DNA from: Candidatus Dormiibacterota bacterium
Lineage (GTDB): Bacteria; Chloroflexota; Dormibacteria; Aeolococcales; Aeolococcaceae
DNA: 64,000 nt
Assembly (NCBI GenBank): GCA_963768105.1
Contig: CAVYGR010000003.1
Coordinates: forward strand, 331,848 to 395,847
Reading direction: 5' to 3'
A model generated the notes under the pieces. That model was not told the DNA's origin. It saw nothing but the letters and a program-made list of their open reading frames with translations, and ran no database searches. How positions within the stretch are numbered: position 1 is the first letter of the stretch; the number at the start of each line of letters is the position of its first letter. The translations under genes were made by a program, and so were the position numbers. Of the stretch, positions 1-9,823 are shown piece after piece.

Positions 1-299
1 ACAGCGAGTGCAAGGGCGATCAAAAGGGTTGCTATCGGACGGCGATGGGCGATCACGCTCTTGACGCTGCGCTCTTGGCACGGTCGGTGCCGAACGAGCG
101 GTTACGGTTCGCGCTTGGAAGGGTGGCGAAGTAGTGCGATGTCCCGGGTCACGAACTGTCGCTCGCCGACCCGTGGTATGAATGGTTTGCAGCGTCGCAA
201 AGAGCCGCGGCACCAGGAACAAGCGGGTGCAGCACGGCCGTTGGTGAGGCAGGAATACCTGCCTGATGTGGCGTGCGCCAGCAGGAGTAACCTGCTGAG

Positions 300-1271
300 A
301 TGCGCCACAGGGGACACTCGGCGTCGCGGCGGGTCGGGCTGACGGCCGGCTGTGGCCTGGTCATGCTGCTCAGCAGCCTGGGCCATTCAGAGACAGTGGC
401 GGGTGCCACCGGTGACCCGGTGATCGCTGCAGCCGGCGATATCGCGTGCGACCCCGCCTCGACCTCGTACAACGGCGGCGCGGGGACGCCGACGGCCTGC
501 CGGGAGCAGGCCACATCGGACCTGCTGGTGAACGGCGGTTTCGCCGCTGTCCTCGATCTCGGTGACAACCAGTACGCATGCGGCTCGCTGGCCGCTTACG
601 ACACCTCGTACGACCCGAGCTGGGGCCGCTTGAAGTCGATCACTCACCCTGCTCCCGGCAACCACGAGTACCAGACGTCGGGAGGCACCGGCTGCAACTC
701 GAGCAACGCGAGTGCGGCCGGGTATTTCCAGTACTTCGGCGCGGCCGCGGGGCCGTCGGGAAAGGGCTACTACAGTTTCGACATCGGCAACTGGCACATC
801 ATCTCCCTCAACTCTCAGTGCGGAAAGGTCGGCTGCGGCCCCAGCTCACAGCAGGGTGTCTGGCTCAAGAACGACCTCGCCCTCCACCCGACCGGGTGCA
901 AGCTTGCCTTCTGGCACATCCCAGTGTTCAGCACAGGCGCCACGTCAAGCGGCGCAAAGGCATTCTGGACCCTGCTGTACGCGGCCCACGCCGACCTGGT
1001 CCTCAACGGTCACTACCACGCGTATGAGCGCTTCAACCTGCAGTCGCCGTCGGGCACCGCCGACTCCAACGGGATCCGCGAGATCATCGTCGGCACTGGT
1101 GGCGAGGATCACGCTGGGCTCGGCCCCAAGCCTCCCAACACGCAGGTGCTCAACAACACGGCATTCGGTGTGCTCGAGCTGACCCTTCATCCCACGTCGT
1201 ACGACTGGAGGTTCATGCCGGTCCCAGGCGCGAGCTTCTCCGACTCGGGAACCACCGCCTGTCACACGTGA
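300..1271 (+). CDS. secreted calcineurin-type metallophosphoesterase
   Basis: ORF with a hydrophobic N-terminal signal-like segment. Metallophosphoesterase motifs read in the translation: GDIACD, GDNQY, GNHEY, GHYHAYERF. Confidence 0.8.
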   Translation: MRHRGHSASRRVGLTAGCGLVMLLSSLGHSETVAGATGDPVIAAAGDIACDPASTSYNGGAGTPTACREQATSDLLVNGGFAAVLDLGDNQYACGSLAAYDTSYDPSWGRLKSITHPAPGNHEYQTSGGTGCNSSNASAAGYFQYFGAAAGPSGKGYYSFDIGNWHIISLNSQCGKVGCGPSSQQGVWLKNDLALHPTGCKLAFWHIPVFSTGATSSGAKAFWTLLYAAHADLVLNGHYHAYERFNLQSPSGTADSNGIREIIVGTGGEDHAGLGPKPPNTQVLNNTAFGVLELTLHPTSYDWRFMPVPGASFSDSGTTACHT

Positions 1272-1530
1272 GGTGACCGCCCCGGTGGTTCTTGAGCTCC
1301 AGGGTTGGAGCCGAGAGCATCCGGGGTGCAATTGGCACGGCGGTCGCGCCTGAGACCTGACCCCGCGCCCAAGCCGCCTTCAGCCAACCTTAAGGACACG
1401 TAAAGAGGCGCTCCGTATGGTCCGCCACCATGAAGCGAATCCTCGTCAAGGGAGTATCAATTACCTCCGTCAACGGCTTACATTGCGACGCGCGTTTGAA
1501 GGGAAGCGCACAACGAAGAGGAGATGAGAG

Positions 1531-2082
1531 ATGAGAGCCTGGCCACGCGTCACCGGGCCGGCGCTCGCGGTGGTCCTGGGGTTGGCCATCGCCGGTTGCA
1601 GCGCGAGTACGACGACCACGCCGACCCCGACGGCGAGCAGCGCCCATACGGCCAGTCCGCCGGCGACTGGAGGTAGCGCCGGACATGGCACCAGCTTCAA
1701 CGTCCAGGTGAACTTCACCGGCGCCGACAGCGCGCAGGGATCGTTCACCGCAGCCACCGTGGGCGGGGCTCCGTGCTCCGACTACGCGAGCACCGCCTTT
1801 GATTGGACGATCGGTATCGGACCACCGAATGGAACTCCCACCACTGTTGGCGGCATCCTGATCAACTTCCTCATCACGATGCCGCAAAGCATGTTTCACG
1901 GCGCCGGTACGTACGCGGGGGTTGTACAAGGCGTCAGCGTCGGCAGCGACGACTTCTCCGGCACCGATTCGACGATGACACTCAACGGCGACGGGACCGG
2001 CAACGCGTCATTCACGAATCTAGCGGGCGCGGCCTCAGGGCAGACCGAGTCCGGAACCGTGACCTGGACGTGCGCCGGGTGA
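1531..2082 (+). CDS. lipoprotein, unknown function
   Basis: Basic N-terminus followed by the lipobox LAIAGC. SD-like GAGGAG just upstream of the ATG. Thr/Pro-rich linker after the Cys. Confidence 0.65.
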   Translation: MRAWPRVTGPALAVVLGLAIAGCSASTTTTPTPTASSAHTASPPATGGSAGHGTSFNVQVNFTGADSAQGSFTAATVGGAPCSDYASTAFDWTIGIGPPNGTPTTVGGILINFLITMPQSMFHGAGTYAGVVQGVSVGSDDFSGTDSTMTLNGDGTGNASFTNLAGAASGQTESGTVTWTCAG

Positions 2083-2242
2083 TCGTGTCTAGAGCCGCGT
2101 GAATCGGAACCCCCACCGCCACCGTCCCGCCACCGGCCGCACGCAAGCGACCTGGCCGCCGAGAGTTGGCGCTCGCCCTGGCGGCGATCGTGGCGCTGCT
2201 CTGCGGCGCCGTGGTGGCAGTTCTTGTGTGTGGTAGAAAAGC

Positions 2243-2818
2243 GTGATGGCCGAGGTACTACTCTTTCACCACGCGCAGGGAAAGACACCCGGATTCGTTG
2301 CGTTCGCCGACGAGCTCCGCGCAGCCGGGCACACGGTGCACTCCCCGGATCTCTACGAGGGCAAGACGTTCGCCACGCTCGACGAGGGCGTTGGCTACGC
2401 CAAGCAGGTGGGCTTCGACACGATCCTCGAGCGGTGCCGGCTCGCCGCAGAGAGCTTGCCGAACGACCTCGTCTATGCCGGCTTCTCGCTCGGCGTGATG
2501 GGAGCGCAGATGCTGGCCCAGACGCGTCCCGGCGCGAAAGGCTGCTTGCTGTTCAGCGCCGCTTTCCCGGCCACCGAGTTCGGCGCCTCGTGGCCGCCGC
2601 GGGTGCCGCTCCAGATCCACATGATGGAGGCGGACGAGTGGGCGATGGAGGACCTTCCCGCCGCGCGCGAGCTCGTGGAGACCACCGAGGGCGCGGAGCT
2701 GTTCTTGTATCCCGGCGATCGGCATCTGTTCGCTGACAGCAGCCTGCCCGACTACGACGAAGGTGCCGCGAGGCTGCTCATGCAACGCGTGCTCAGCTTC
2801 CTCGGCAACATCGAGTAG
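2243..2818 (+). CDS. dienelactone hydrolase family protein
   Basis: 191-aa ORF. The N-terminus LLFHHAQG..GF..FADELRAAGH.VH.PDLY is as recalled for actinobacterial DLH-family proteins. Start could be GTG 2243 or ATG 2246. Confidence 0.75.
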   Translation: MMAEVLLFHHAQGKTPGFVAFADELRAAGHTVHSPDLYEGKTFATLDEGVGYAKQVGFDTILERCRLAAESLPNDLVYAGFSLGVMGAQMLAQTRPGAKGCLLFSAAFPATEFGASWPPRVPLQIHMMEADEWAMEDLPAARELVETTEGAELFLYPGDRHLFADSSLPDYDEGAARLLMQRVLSFLGNIE

Positions 2819-3024
2819 CTGCGTAGCTTGCGAAGGGCCCTTTTCCGTAGAGCGTTTGGCGCGATCACACGGGCGCGGTGCGGGCCGCATCGCCTGCCGC
2901 CCGAGTGCGATTGCGCGCTTCGTCATCGCTCATCGTCACGGCCGTGACCTGTGCAACCGCCCCCTGCACTGCCCATACTCTCCGCGACGGTTCGTCCCTC
3001 GGGGGCACAAGCGGAGGACAGCGG

Positions 3025-3357
3025 ATGTACGGAACCATCATGCGGGCCAAGGTCAAGCCGGGCCATCGCGCGGAGTATGAGAAAGCGATGCGCGAGATGG
3101 TGCCCAGCGCCGATGCCTACGGCCAAGGGATGCACTCGTACGAAGTCGCGTGGGAGGACAAGGATCCGGACCGGATCGTGATGATCATCCGCTTCAAGGA
3201 TCGCGAGAGCTATCTGGCGAACGCCAACCGGCCCGAGACCGACACGGACTACCGCCGGCAGCTCGAGTACCTCGACGGTGAGCCGGAGTGGATCGACGTG
3301 AACTATGCCGAATACGTCGGGAAGCCGTTGGGAGCGGCCGGCTCGGCGCCCGCCTGA
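3025..3357 (+). CDS. small ABM-like (antibiotic biosynthesis monooxygenase fold) protein
   Basis: The C-terminal 110 codons of ORF 2878-3357 look protein-like from the internal ATG at 3025 (MYGTIMRAKVKPGHRAEYEKAM...). The upstream part is low complexity. Family call is by resemblance only. Confidence 0.55.
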   Translation: MYGTIMRAKVKPGHRAEYEKAMREMVPSADAYGQGMHSYEVAWEDKDPDRIVMIIRFKDRESYLANANRPETDTDYRRQLEYLDGEPEWIDVNYAEYVGKPLGAAGSAPA

Positions 3358-3398
3358 GGGTGCTGCGGAGCGGCGAGGTCACGGCTTCCGGGCGGACG

Positions 3399-4850
3399 TC
3401 AGCTCGCGGCGCGTGCGGACCGCCGTTGGTGCCGCCGAGTGTTCGACCACGCCGCGTCGATGGCCTTGATCTCGCCGCTGAGCGACGCTGCCGTAGCCAC
3501 ATAACTGGAGCGCACGTAGCGCTCATGATTGACCTCCAACCGCTGCGGCTCGTACACGTAGTTGACCATCACCCCATAGGACTGCCCGCCCCTCGGTGAG
3601 AGATCCGCGTCGGGGTTGACGCGCTCGAGCCGCGCGCCATTGGAGAGATGGAAGTGGCCAACGCTGTCGGCGATGTGGCCACGGACCTTGACATGCAACA
3701 GGTCGGCGAGTGCCAAGCGCCCCGCCAGCCGAGCAACCGCTGGATCGTGTGGTCCGGGCGCTGTCAGCAGCCGAGACAGCGACTCCAGCTCGTCGCCTGA
3801 CTTCGCGAGGCGACGCAGCTCGTCATGATGGCCCGCGGTGAGCGCGCGCAGGCGCTCGTCGGTGAAGGCGTCATCGTCGGCATGATTCGCGACGGCCTTG
3901 GCCAGGCTGGGGACGGGCGACAGGGTCGCAAACGTGCGCAGCGCCGGCAGCTCCGCGGAGAGTTCGCGAACCACCTGTTTGATCAGGAAGTTCCCAAACG
4001 AGATGCCGCGCAGGCCGGGTTGGCAGTCGCTGATCGAATAGAAGACGGCGGTGTGAGCGTCCCGGGCTTCGGCAATGGGTCGCTGCACGCCGATCAGCGG
4101 AGCGATCGCGGTTGGCAGCTCGCGGGTGAGGGCGATCTCCACGAAGATCAGCGGTTCCCCGGGCAGCAACGGGTGAAAGAACGCGAAGCACCGCCGGTCG
4201 GCGGCGAGCCGCAGACGCAGGTCGTCCCATCCGTGGATCTCGTGCACCGCCTCGTACGCGATCAGCCGTTCCAGCGTCGCGGCAGGCGTGCTCCAGCTGA
4301 TCTGCTCGAGACGCAGGAAGCCACCGTTGAACCAGGACGACAGCAGGTGGCGCAGGTCGGCATCTACGCCGCGGAGGTGCGGACGTGCTGGGAGCAGCTC
4401 GAGCAGCCGGGCGCGCAACTTGACCAGCGCCGCCGCACCGCCGGCGACCATGTTGAGTCGTCGGAACAGCTCTTGGCGCGGCGCCTCCGTAGCCTCGGCA
4501 AGTGAGATGACGGCGTCATCGCTGGGATCCGCCTGCCACCGTGCCACTGCCGCCGCGACCGCTTCGGACGGCGGTGAGAACGAGGCGGCGAGTACCTCCA
4601 GGAATGCGGCGTCGTCGGCGCCGCTCATGCGCTCGAGGGCACGAACCACCTCGGTCGCCAATGCCAGTCCGGACGCCTCACCGCGCCGAGCGATCAGGCG
4701 CTGGCATGTTGCAGCGAGGTTCGCCGTGCTGTTGGTGCGCCCGTTGCCATGTCCGAGCATGGCCCTGCCCCGCTCCGCAACCAGGGTGACATGCTCGAGC
4801 CACGACCGTGGTGTCATCGCGAGCAAGTATCGGTCACTTTGGGGGCTCAT
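3399..4850 (-). CDS. malonyl-CoA decarboxylase
   Basis: 483-aa ORF with MCD-family blocks FFHPLLPGEPLIFVEIALT, YSISDCQPGLRGISFGNFLIKQVV and TLSPVP. Confidence 0.85.
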   Translation of the reverse strand: MSPQSDRYLLAMTPRSWLEHVTLVAERGRAMLGHGNGRTNSTANLAATCQRLIARRGEASGLALATEVVRALERMSGADDAAFLEVLAASFSPPSEAVAAAVARWQADPSDDAVISLAEATEAPRQELFRRLNMVAGGAAALVKLRARLLELLPARPHLRGVDADLRHLLSSWFNGGFLRLEQISWSTPAATLERLIAYEAVHEIHGWDDLRLRLAADRRCFAFFHPLLPGEPLIFVEIALTRELPTAIAPLIGVQRPIAEARDAHTAVFYSISDCQPGLRGISFGNFLIKQVVRELSAELPALRTFATLSPVPSLAKAVANHADDDAFTDERLRALTAGHHDELRRLAKSGDELESLSRLLTAPGPHDPAVARLAGRLALADLLHVKVRGHIADSVGHFHLSNGARLERVNPDADLSPRGGQSYGVMVNYVYEPQRLEVNHERYVRSSYVATAASLSGEIKAIDAAWSNTRRHQRRSARAAS

Positions 4851-4982
4851 CGAGACGAGTTTACGCAGCCGTCACCCACCGACCTGGCGGCGGCTGAGAC
4901 AGGAATCTTCAAGTCGTTGAATGCCCGGGCAAGTTCCTGTGGACGGACCAGCTTCACACCCGGAGGGAGTGTGCTCGGTCGA

Positions 4983-5486
4983 CTATCCGCTGTACCGCCC
5001 GATCATGACCGAGCTGGCGGCCGACCCAACCAGCACGTCCACATCGTGCTTCAGGAGCACCGCTACGAAAGCGTCAACCTCATCGGCATTGGTGCAGCCC
5101 TGACACCCCTGGATCTCGTCGTCTCGAGTGCGCAGGACGACACCGATACTGGCCCGCCCGGGATGGACCTCAACCTCGCGAAGATCCGCATACGCGAAGT
5201 CCCGGTGGATATTTCTCTTGTGCCTCCCGAAGAGAACCGAGCGCGCGGTCATGTCAAACGCGACGCCAGTGGCCGTGGCCGTGAGGCTCCCGAGCTTCCA
5301 GTGCAGCGTGATCCGTTGAGAACCATCGGGATCGCGCGCCGCCGGAGGTTGCGTGCTGGGCGGCGCTTCCGCATGGATGTACCTCCACATCGACCCGTCC
5401 CACCACTGATTCTCGTCCGGACTGAGGAGGGCATCGGGCAACGGGTCAGACTCAACGCGCTCGCCGTCGCGCACCTGGAAACTCAT
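4983..5486 (-). CDS. hypothetical protein
   Basis: 167-aa ORF with reasonable composition. Its ATG overlaps the stop of a small upstream ORF (ATGA). No family recognised. Confidence 0.5.
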   Translation of the reverse strand: MSFQVRDGERVESDPLPDALLSPDENQWWDGSMWRYIHAEAPPSTQPPAARDPDGSQRITLHWKLGSLTATATGVAFDMTARSVLFGRHKRNIHRDFAYADLREVEVHPGRASIGVVLRTRDDEIQGCQGCTNADEVDAFVAVLLKHDVDVLVGSAASSVMIGRYSG

Positions 5487-5587
5487 CCTGTTGCTTCATG
5501 AACCATCATGCCGTTGGTCACGCCCTGGACCGAGTTGGTCCAGGGCGTGCTCGGGGAGGTGTATTTCGGCGAAGCCTTACTGGTCAT
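5483..5587 (-). CDS. candidate 34-aa small ORF, translationally coupled to 4983-5486
   Basis: ATG at 5587 is preceded by GAGGGG about 9 nt upstream. GC3 is high in the first 25 codons. The TGA overlaps the downstream ATG (ATGA). Translation: MTSKASPKYTSPSTPWTNSVQGVTNGMMVHEATG. Confidence 0.25.
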   Translation of the reverse strand: MTSKASPKYTSPSTPWTNSVQGVTNGMMVHEATG

Positions 5588-5738
5588 CTCGTGACCCCTC
5601 GTGACGCTCGAGCCCTGCGGCCTGTCAGCCGTGTCTCGGGCGTCATCCAGCCTGTTACCGCGACCGTAACAATCACAGCAACACAGGCGGAAGCTTTCCA
5701 ACGCTCTGGGTCAGCGTGGTCGGAGGAGACCGTCCTCG

Positions 5739-5987
5739 CTAGCGCTGATCGATCGTTGTGTGCGTACCACCCGCGGGATCAACAACGTCTCGGCGCTGTG
5801 TGAAGCGACCGGGACCAGCCCAGGATGACCAGAAGACCATCGAGAGCACGATTCCCAGGGCTCCAACGCCCATCAGGATCCAGCCGATGGTGTGGATGTC
5901 GAGCGCACCGTTCGTTGGGTTGACGTGAAGGGCAAAGGTGAGGATCGCGCCAACCGCTAGCAGAAGTATCCCAACTCCCAGACCCAT
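5739..5987 (-). CDS. small two-TM membrane protein (DUF6458-like)
   Basis: Internal ATG at 5987 gives MGLGVGILLLAVGAILTFAL...IGWILMGVGALGIVLSMVFW, two clear TM helices. The AT-richer putative promoter region lies upstream (6030-6110). Confidence 0.6.
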   Translation of the reverse strand: MGLGVGILLLAVGAILTFALHVNPTNGALDIHTIGWILMGVGALGIVLSMVFWSSWAGPGRFTQRRDVVDPAGGTHTTIDQR

Positions 5988-6178
5988 GCTTGCTACCTCC
6001 TGGTTTGAGTCACCCGAGATTGCCAATAGGGTGGCTATGGTCCTTTATCTCATAATTTGGACTGATTGGCGCATTTTTAAGCAGCTTTGGCTACGCCCGG
6101 TTTAACGGATTTTCCCAACGGCCATGCGGTCGCGGGGAATCGCGTCGATTACCGCTTGCGGTGCTCCCGGCGGGCAGG

Positions 6179-6361
6179 TCAGAGGTTGATGGTGAACTTG
6201 GTTCCCAGAAGGATCAGAGGCCAGAGCAGGATCGCCAGGAGCGCGGACAGGAAGCTGCCCAGGGTTTTCAGGTCGGAAAAGTAATGGTGACCGATGGCCA
6301 CGATCACGCCAATCACCACCCACACCACGAAGACGAGCGATATAGGACGCGAACGCCTCAT
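6179..6361 (-). CDS. small membrane protein (60 aa)
   Basis: ATG at 6361 is preceded by a strong SD (GAAGGAGAG) 6 nt upstream. Translation MRRSRPISLVFVVWVVIGVIVAIGHHYFSDLKTLGSFLSALLAILLWPLILLG has two hydrophobic helices. Confidence 0.55.
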   Translation of the reverse strand: MRRSRPISLVFVVWVVIGVIVAIGHHYFSDLKTLGSFLSALLAILLWPLILLGTKFTINL

Positions 6362-6531
6362 GGCATCTCTCCTTCGCGCAAAGCGCCGAGCCAGCGGCGA
6401 CGATCTTACAGGCGCAGCGAAGGCGGCGAACGCTTGGCCGCATCGCATGCGGTCCCGTGAGCTGTCCGAGCGATACATCCAGCACGCCCCGTTCAAACGG
6501 CGTCCAGTCGGGATGACCCGAGTTCTGTGGG

Positions 6532-6804
6532 CTAGCGGACCGACGGGATTTCGTGGCGCGCGTACAGTCGGTCGGTGGGGATGATCCGGCGGTCTACAGT
6601 CCGATCGACGCGCTCGCCAACGGTGTCGACGCCATCGAGGCCTGACACGACCAGAGTGAACGTCGCGCCGGCCAAGTCATTCTCCACGACCGTAATGCGG
6701 AATTCGGAGACGGCAGCGGTCGTCGGTGTACACAGTGGAGAAGGCGCGGGTCGACCTGAGCGGCCGTTGCAGGCGTGCCCGAAGTGTGGAACTGAACGGC
6801 TCAT
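6532..6804 (-). CDS. hypothetical protein (N-terminus uncertain)
   Basis: The C-terminal ~60 codons have high GC3 and protein-like sequence (EFRITVVENDLAGATFTLVVSGLDGVDTVGERV...). The N-terminal third is low complexity, so a frame problem is possible. Confidence 0.3.
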   Translation of the reverse strand: MSRSVPHFGHACNGRSGRPAPSPLCTPTTAAVSEFRITVVENDLAGATFTLVVSGLDGVDTVGERVDRTVDRRIIPTDRLYARHEIPSVR

Positions 6805-6964
6805 CCCGCTGAGCTTCCAGGTCTCTCGGTTGGATGCGGACGATCAGGACCGCCCCGAGGTCCGAGCCATGCGGCCGACAGCCAAGTGTGGTGGCTGCGG
6901 TGCGCTTGTCTACGCCGAGGGTTTCACCTATCGGCGGGCGCCGAGAGAGCGGTTCTCAAACTAG
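6767..6964 (+). CDS. candidate small zinc-ribbon protein
   Basis: A TTG start gives LQACPKCGTERLIP...AKCGGCGALVYAEGF with CPxCG and CGGCG pairs. It overlaps the 5' end of the minus-strand ORF 6532-6804, so at most one N-terminus is right. Confidence 0.3.
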   Translation: MQACPKCGTERLIPLSFQVSRLDADDQDRPEVRAMRPTAKCGGCGALVYAEGFTYRRAPRERFSN

Positions 6965-7702
6965 CCCGCCAACCAGCCTCACGTTGGATGATCGGACCCG
7001 ACGACGGGCAAACCCTGAAGCGCCGACCTCCAGACGGGACGTCCGCAGAGCCTTGACCCCGGCCTCTCGCAGCATCGTTGGCGAGGTCTTAAGACTTGGT
7101 GCCCCCGTGTGACACGCCCGCGACGCGTCGTAGGCGTCGCAGTCGCCGCAACGACGGAGACTTGTTGGAAGTGACGGCGACGCCTCCAGCGCCACAGGGG
7201 GTGAGGGCAGCTGAGACGTCGCCGTCGGAAGGGATTGAGTTTCGAGTGAATCCCATCGTGGCGCCATATCCAGGTGTCCGGAGCGCGGATTCGGTAACAA
7301 AGCCAGAGCGACGACCCTCCACTCGTATTCGCGCGCATCCAAAGGGTCGACCCATCAGCGGTCGTGCCCGGTGGGACGGAAGGTGGCGGGTCAGGACACG
7401 TTGAGTGCGCAATCCTGCCGCTACCCCCCATCCGCGACCGTGACTTGACGGGCAGGGTGTCTGCCAGCATCAAGAGGACGGTGCCGAATCAGTAGACCCG
7501 GCGCCGACGGTGACAAAGTCGTATGGCGCTCGTCTGCCCGCCAGCGTACCGTCGTCTGGGTCTGCAGCATGAGCCTCGGTCCGCTTGGTTCGTACACTGA
7601 GGCGCATGGTGAGCCAATGGTGCGCAGGGTACAGCAACGGTGCTCGCGAACTGTGCGCAGAGGCTGTAGAACGCGGCGCGCGCCTCTGACAGAGTTCGTC
7701 AA

Positions 7703-7984
7703 ATGAGCGCACCGCACGTCGCCCCGATGCGGGAGGCAAGATTACGCCAGCGGATCTGGGTTGCCGGCAAGATCCGGTTCCTTCGAGGCAAGACTGACAA
7801 GAACGCAGCGAACCTCGAGTGCGAGGTCACCGACGGCACCGGCAGCCTGCTCCTCGTCTTCCAGGGCCGGCGGCGCATCCCCGGCATCGCGGTCGGCGCA
7901 CTCCTGGTGGCCGAGGGAATGGTGGGCTCGTGGAGCCGCCGCCTTGCAATCCTCAACCCGGACTACGAGCTCATCGCCGACTAG
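7703..7984 (+). CDS. OB-fold nucleic-acid-binding domain protein
   Basis: 93-aa ORF. VAGKIRFLRGKT....LECEVTDGTGSLLLVFQGRRRIPGI..GALLVAEGMVG matches recalled actinobacterial OB-fold proteins. Confidence 0.65.
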   Translation: MSAPHVAPMREARLRQRIWVAGKIRFLRGKTDKNAANLECEVTDGTGSLLLVFQGRRRIPGIAVGALLVAEGMVGSWSRRLAILNPDYELIAD

Positions 7985-7985
7985 A

Positions 7986-8777
7986 CTAGCGGACCCACGT
8001 CCCCGCGCCCGCCATCGCGCTGAAAAGGGGGCGTGCCGCGCGACCGTCGGCGACGCATGCCGCTCCAACTCCGCGACGGCGCGCCTCGGTCACCGCGCGG
8101 AGTTTGGTACGAGCGCGGCCGCCGATTGCCGAAAGCAGCGCCTCCGGGTCGTGCGTCGAGAGCCGGTCGATGATGGTGGTCGCGTCAGCGGGATCGCGCA
8201 GCAACCCCGGAGTGTCGGCGAAGATCATCAGCCGCGAGGCACCGAGCGCAACCGCGATCTCGGCAGCGAGACGGTCCCCGTCGACGTTGATGGCGGTCCC
8301 GTCCTGCGCGGCGATGGGCGGGCTGATCACCGGAGTCAGGCCCCGCGCGATCAAGCTTTCGAGCAAACTCGCGTCAACCGAGTCGATGCTCCCGACGTGG
8401 TTCGCGTGCAGCACCTTGGTCCGGCCGTTCTCGTAAACGCGCAGGTCGGGACGGCGCGTCCCGCGAACAGCCCCACCGTCGAGCCCGCAGAGTCCGAAGG
8501 CGTTCACGCCCAACTGCCGGAGCCGCTCCACGATGCGCTTGTTCGCCTTGCCCGCGTACGCCATCAGGAAGTGATCCATGGTCGTCGAGTCGGTGAAACG
8601 GCTCACATCACCGCGTGCGGACTCGACCATCCGTGGTGGCGCGCCCAGACGCGTCGAGAGATCGTCGAGGTCCCGGCTGGCGCCGTGGACGACGACGACC
8701 CGCTCGGTGGTCGCGGCGATGTCTTCGAGGAGCGGGTCGAGCCGGCGCACGCTCCCGCCGATCTTCACGACGATCAT
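7986..8777 (-). CDS. lysZ: [LysW]-aminoadipate kinase (acetylglutamate-kinase family)
   Basis: MIVVKIGGSV N-terminus and the amino-acid kinase fold. Last gene of the lys operon. Its ATG overlaps the lysY stop by 1 nt. Confidence 0.88.
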   Translation of the reverse strand: MIVVKIGGSVRRLDPLLEDIAATTERVVVVHGASRDLDDLSTRLGAPPRMVESARGDVSRFTDSTTMDHFLMAYAGKANKRIVERLRQLGVNAFGLCGLDGGAVRGTRRPDLRVYENGRTKVLHANHVGSIDSVDASLLESLIARGLTPVISPPIAAQDGTAINVDGDRLAAEIAVALGASRLMIFADTPGLLRDPADATTIIDRLSTHDPEALLSAIGGRARTKLRAVTEARRRGVGAACVADGRAARPLFSAMAGAGTWVR

Positions 8778-9823
8778 CAGATCGGATACAGACCGCCGAA
8801 CTCGAGGCCGAGCGTCTCGGGGAACCCATAGCGGACGTTGAACGCCTGCAGCGCCTGTCCCGCCGATCCCTTGACGAGGTTGTCGAGCGCTGCGGTCACC
8901 ACCACGCGGCGCGATTCCGGGTCGCGCTCGAAGCGCACGTCGCAGTAGTTCGTGCCGCTGAGCAGCTTGGGATTGGGAGAGTGATGCAAACCGGTGCGCG
9001 CCTTGACGATGCGCACAAACGGCTCGGACGCATACCGGGTCCGGTATAGCTGCCAGAGTTCGCGATCGTCAACATCGCTGGTGAGAAAGGCGTGCGCGGT
9101 GATGAGCACGCCGCGGACGGCCTCAACGGCCGTCGCAGAGAACGCCAGCACCGGGCCGACAGCACCCAGGTGCAGCTCCTGGATGATCTCCGCCGAGTGC
9201 CGGTGTCCGGTTGGAGCATAGGAGCGGACTTCGCCGCTGCGGTGTGCATGGTGCGTCGCCTCGCCCGGTTGCGCACCGCCCGCCGACGAACCGACCTTTG
9301 CCTCAACCACGATCGGCATCGCGCCATCGAGCAGCCCGGTGCAGGCGAGAGGCGCGAGGCCGAGGATCGACGCGGTAGCGAGGCATCCACCGGTCGCGAT
9401 GAGCGACGCGCCGGCGATCTCGGCGCGGTGCAACTCGGATAGCCCATAGACGGAGGTGGCGAGCAGCTCTGGAGCCGGGTGATTCCATCCATACCAGTGC
9501 GGATAGTCGGCGGGGTTGCGAAGCCGGAAGTCGGCACCGAGGTCGATGCACACCGGGGCGGCATCGCGGAGCTGCCCGATCGCCTGGCTCAACTCGCCGT
9601 GCCCCAACGCCGAGAACACCACGTCAACAGCACGGAGTGCATCGCGGGACGAGAATCGAAGTTCGGTCCGCCCGCGAAGTGGGGGGTGCACCACCGCAAC
9701 CGGCTTACCGATGAGGCGCTCCGACGTCACCTGGACGATCTCGACCTCGGGATGACCGGCGAGGAGACGCAGCACCTCACCGCCCGCATAGCCGGCGCCT
9801 CCGACCACCGAGACGCGAATCAT
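8777..9823 (-). CDS. lysY: [LysW]-aminoadipate-6-phosphate reductase (ArgC family)
   Basis: Internal ATG at 9823 gives MIRVSVVGGAGYAGGEVLRLLAGHPEVEI, the ArgC Rossmann N-terminus. ATGA overlap with the lysK stop. Confidence 0.88.
   Translation of the reverse strand: MIRVSVVGGAGYAGGEVLRLLAGHPEVEIVQVTSERLIGKPVAVVHPPLRGRTELRFSSRDALRAVDVVFSALGHGELSQAIGQLRDAAPVCIDLGADFRLRNPADYPHWYGWNHPAPELLATSVYGLSELHRAEIAGASLIATGGCLATASILGLAPLACTGLLDGAMPIVVEAKVGSSAGGAQPGEATHHAHRSGEVRSYAPTGHRHSAEIIQELHLGAVGPVLAFSATAVEAVRGVLITAHAFLTSDVDDRELWQLYRTRYASEPFVRIVKARTGLHHSPNPKLLSGTNYCDVRFERDPESRRVVVTAALDNLVKGSAGQALQAFNVRYGFPETLGLEFGGLYPI

Noticed and set aside
2166-2246. A 26-codon hydrophobic ORF (LALALAAIVALLCGAVVAVLVCGRKA) whose TGA overlaps the ATG of the dienelactone hydrolase gene.
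   Set aside because: It has only a TTG start, no SD and is very short. The GC3 bias is suggestive but insufficient.
6965-7702. RNase P RNA, tmRNA, SRP RNA or an additional tRNA in the ORF-poor region.
   Set aside because: The diagnostic conserved strings (GGAAAGTCCGG, the GGTTCGAnTCC T-arm plus ACCA end, GGAAGCAGCC) are absent on both strands.
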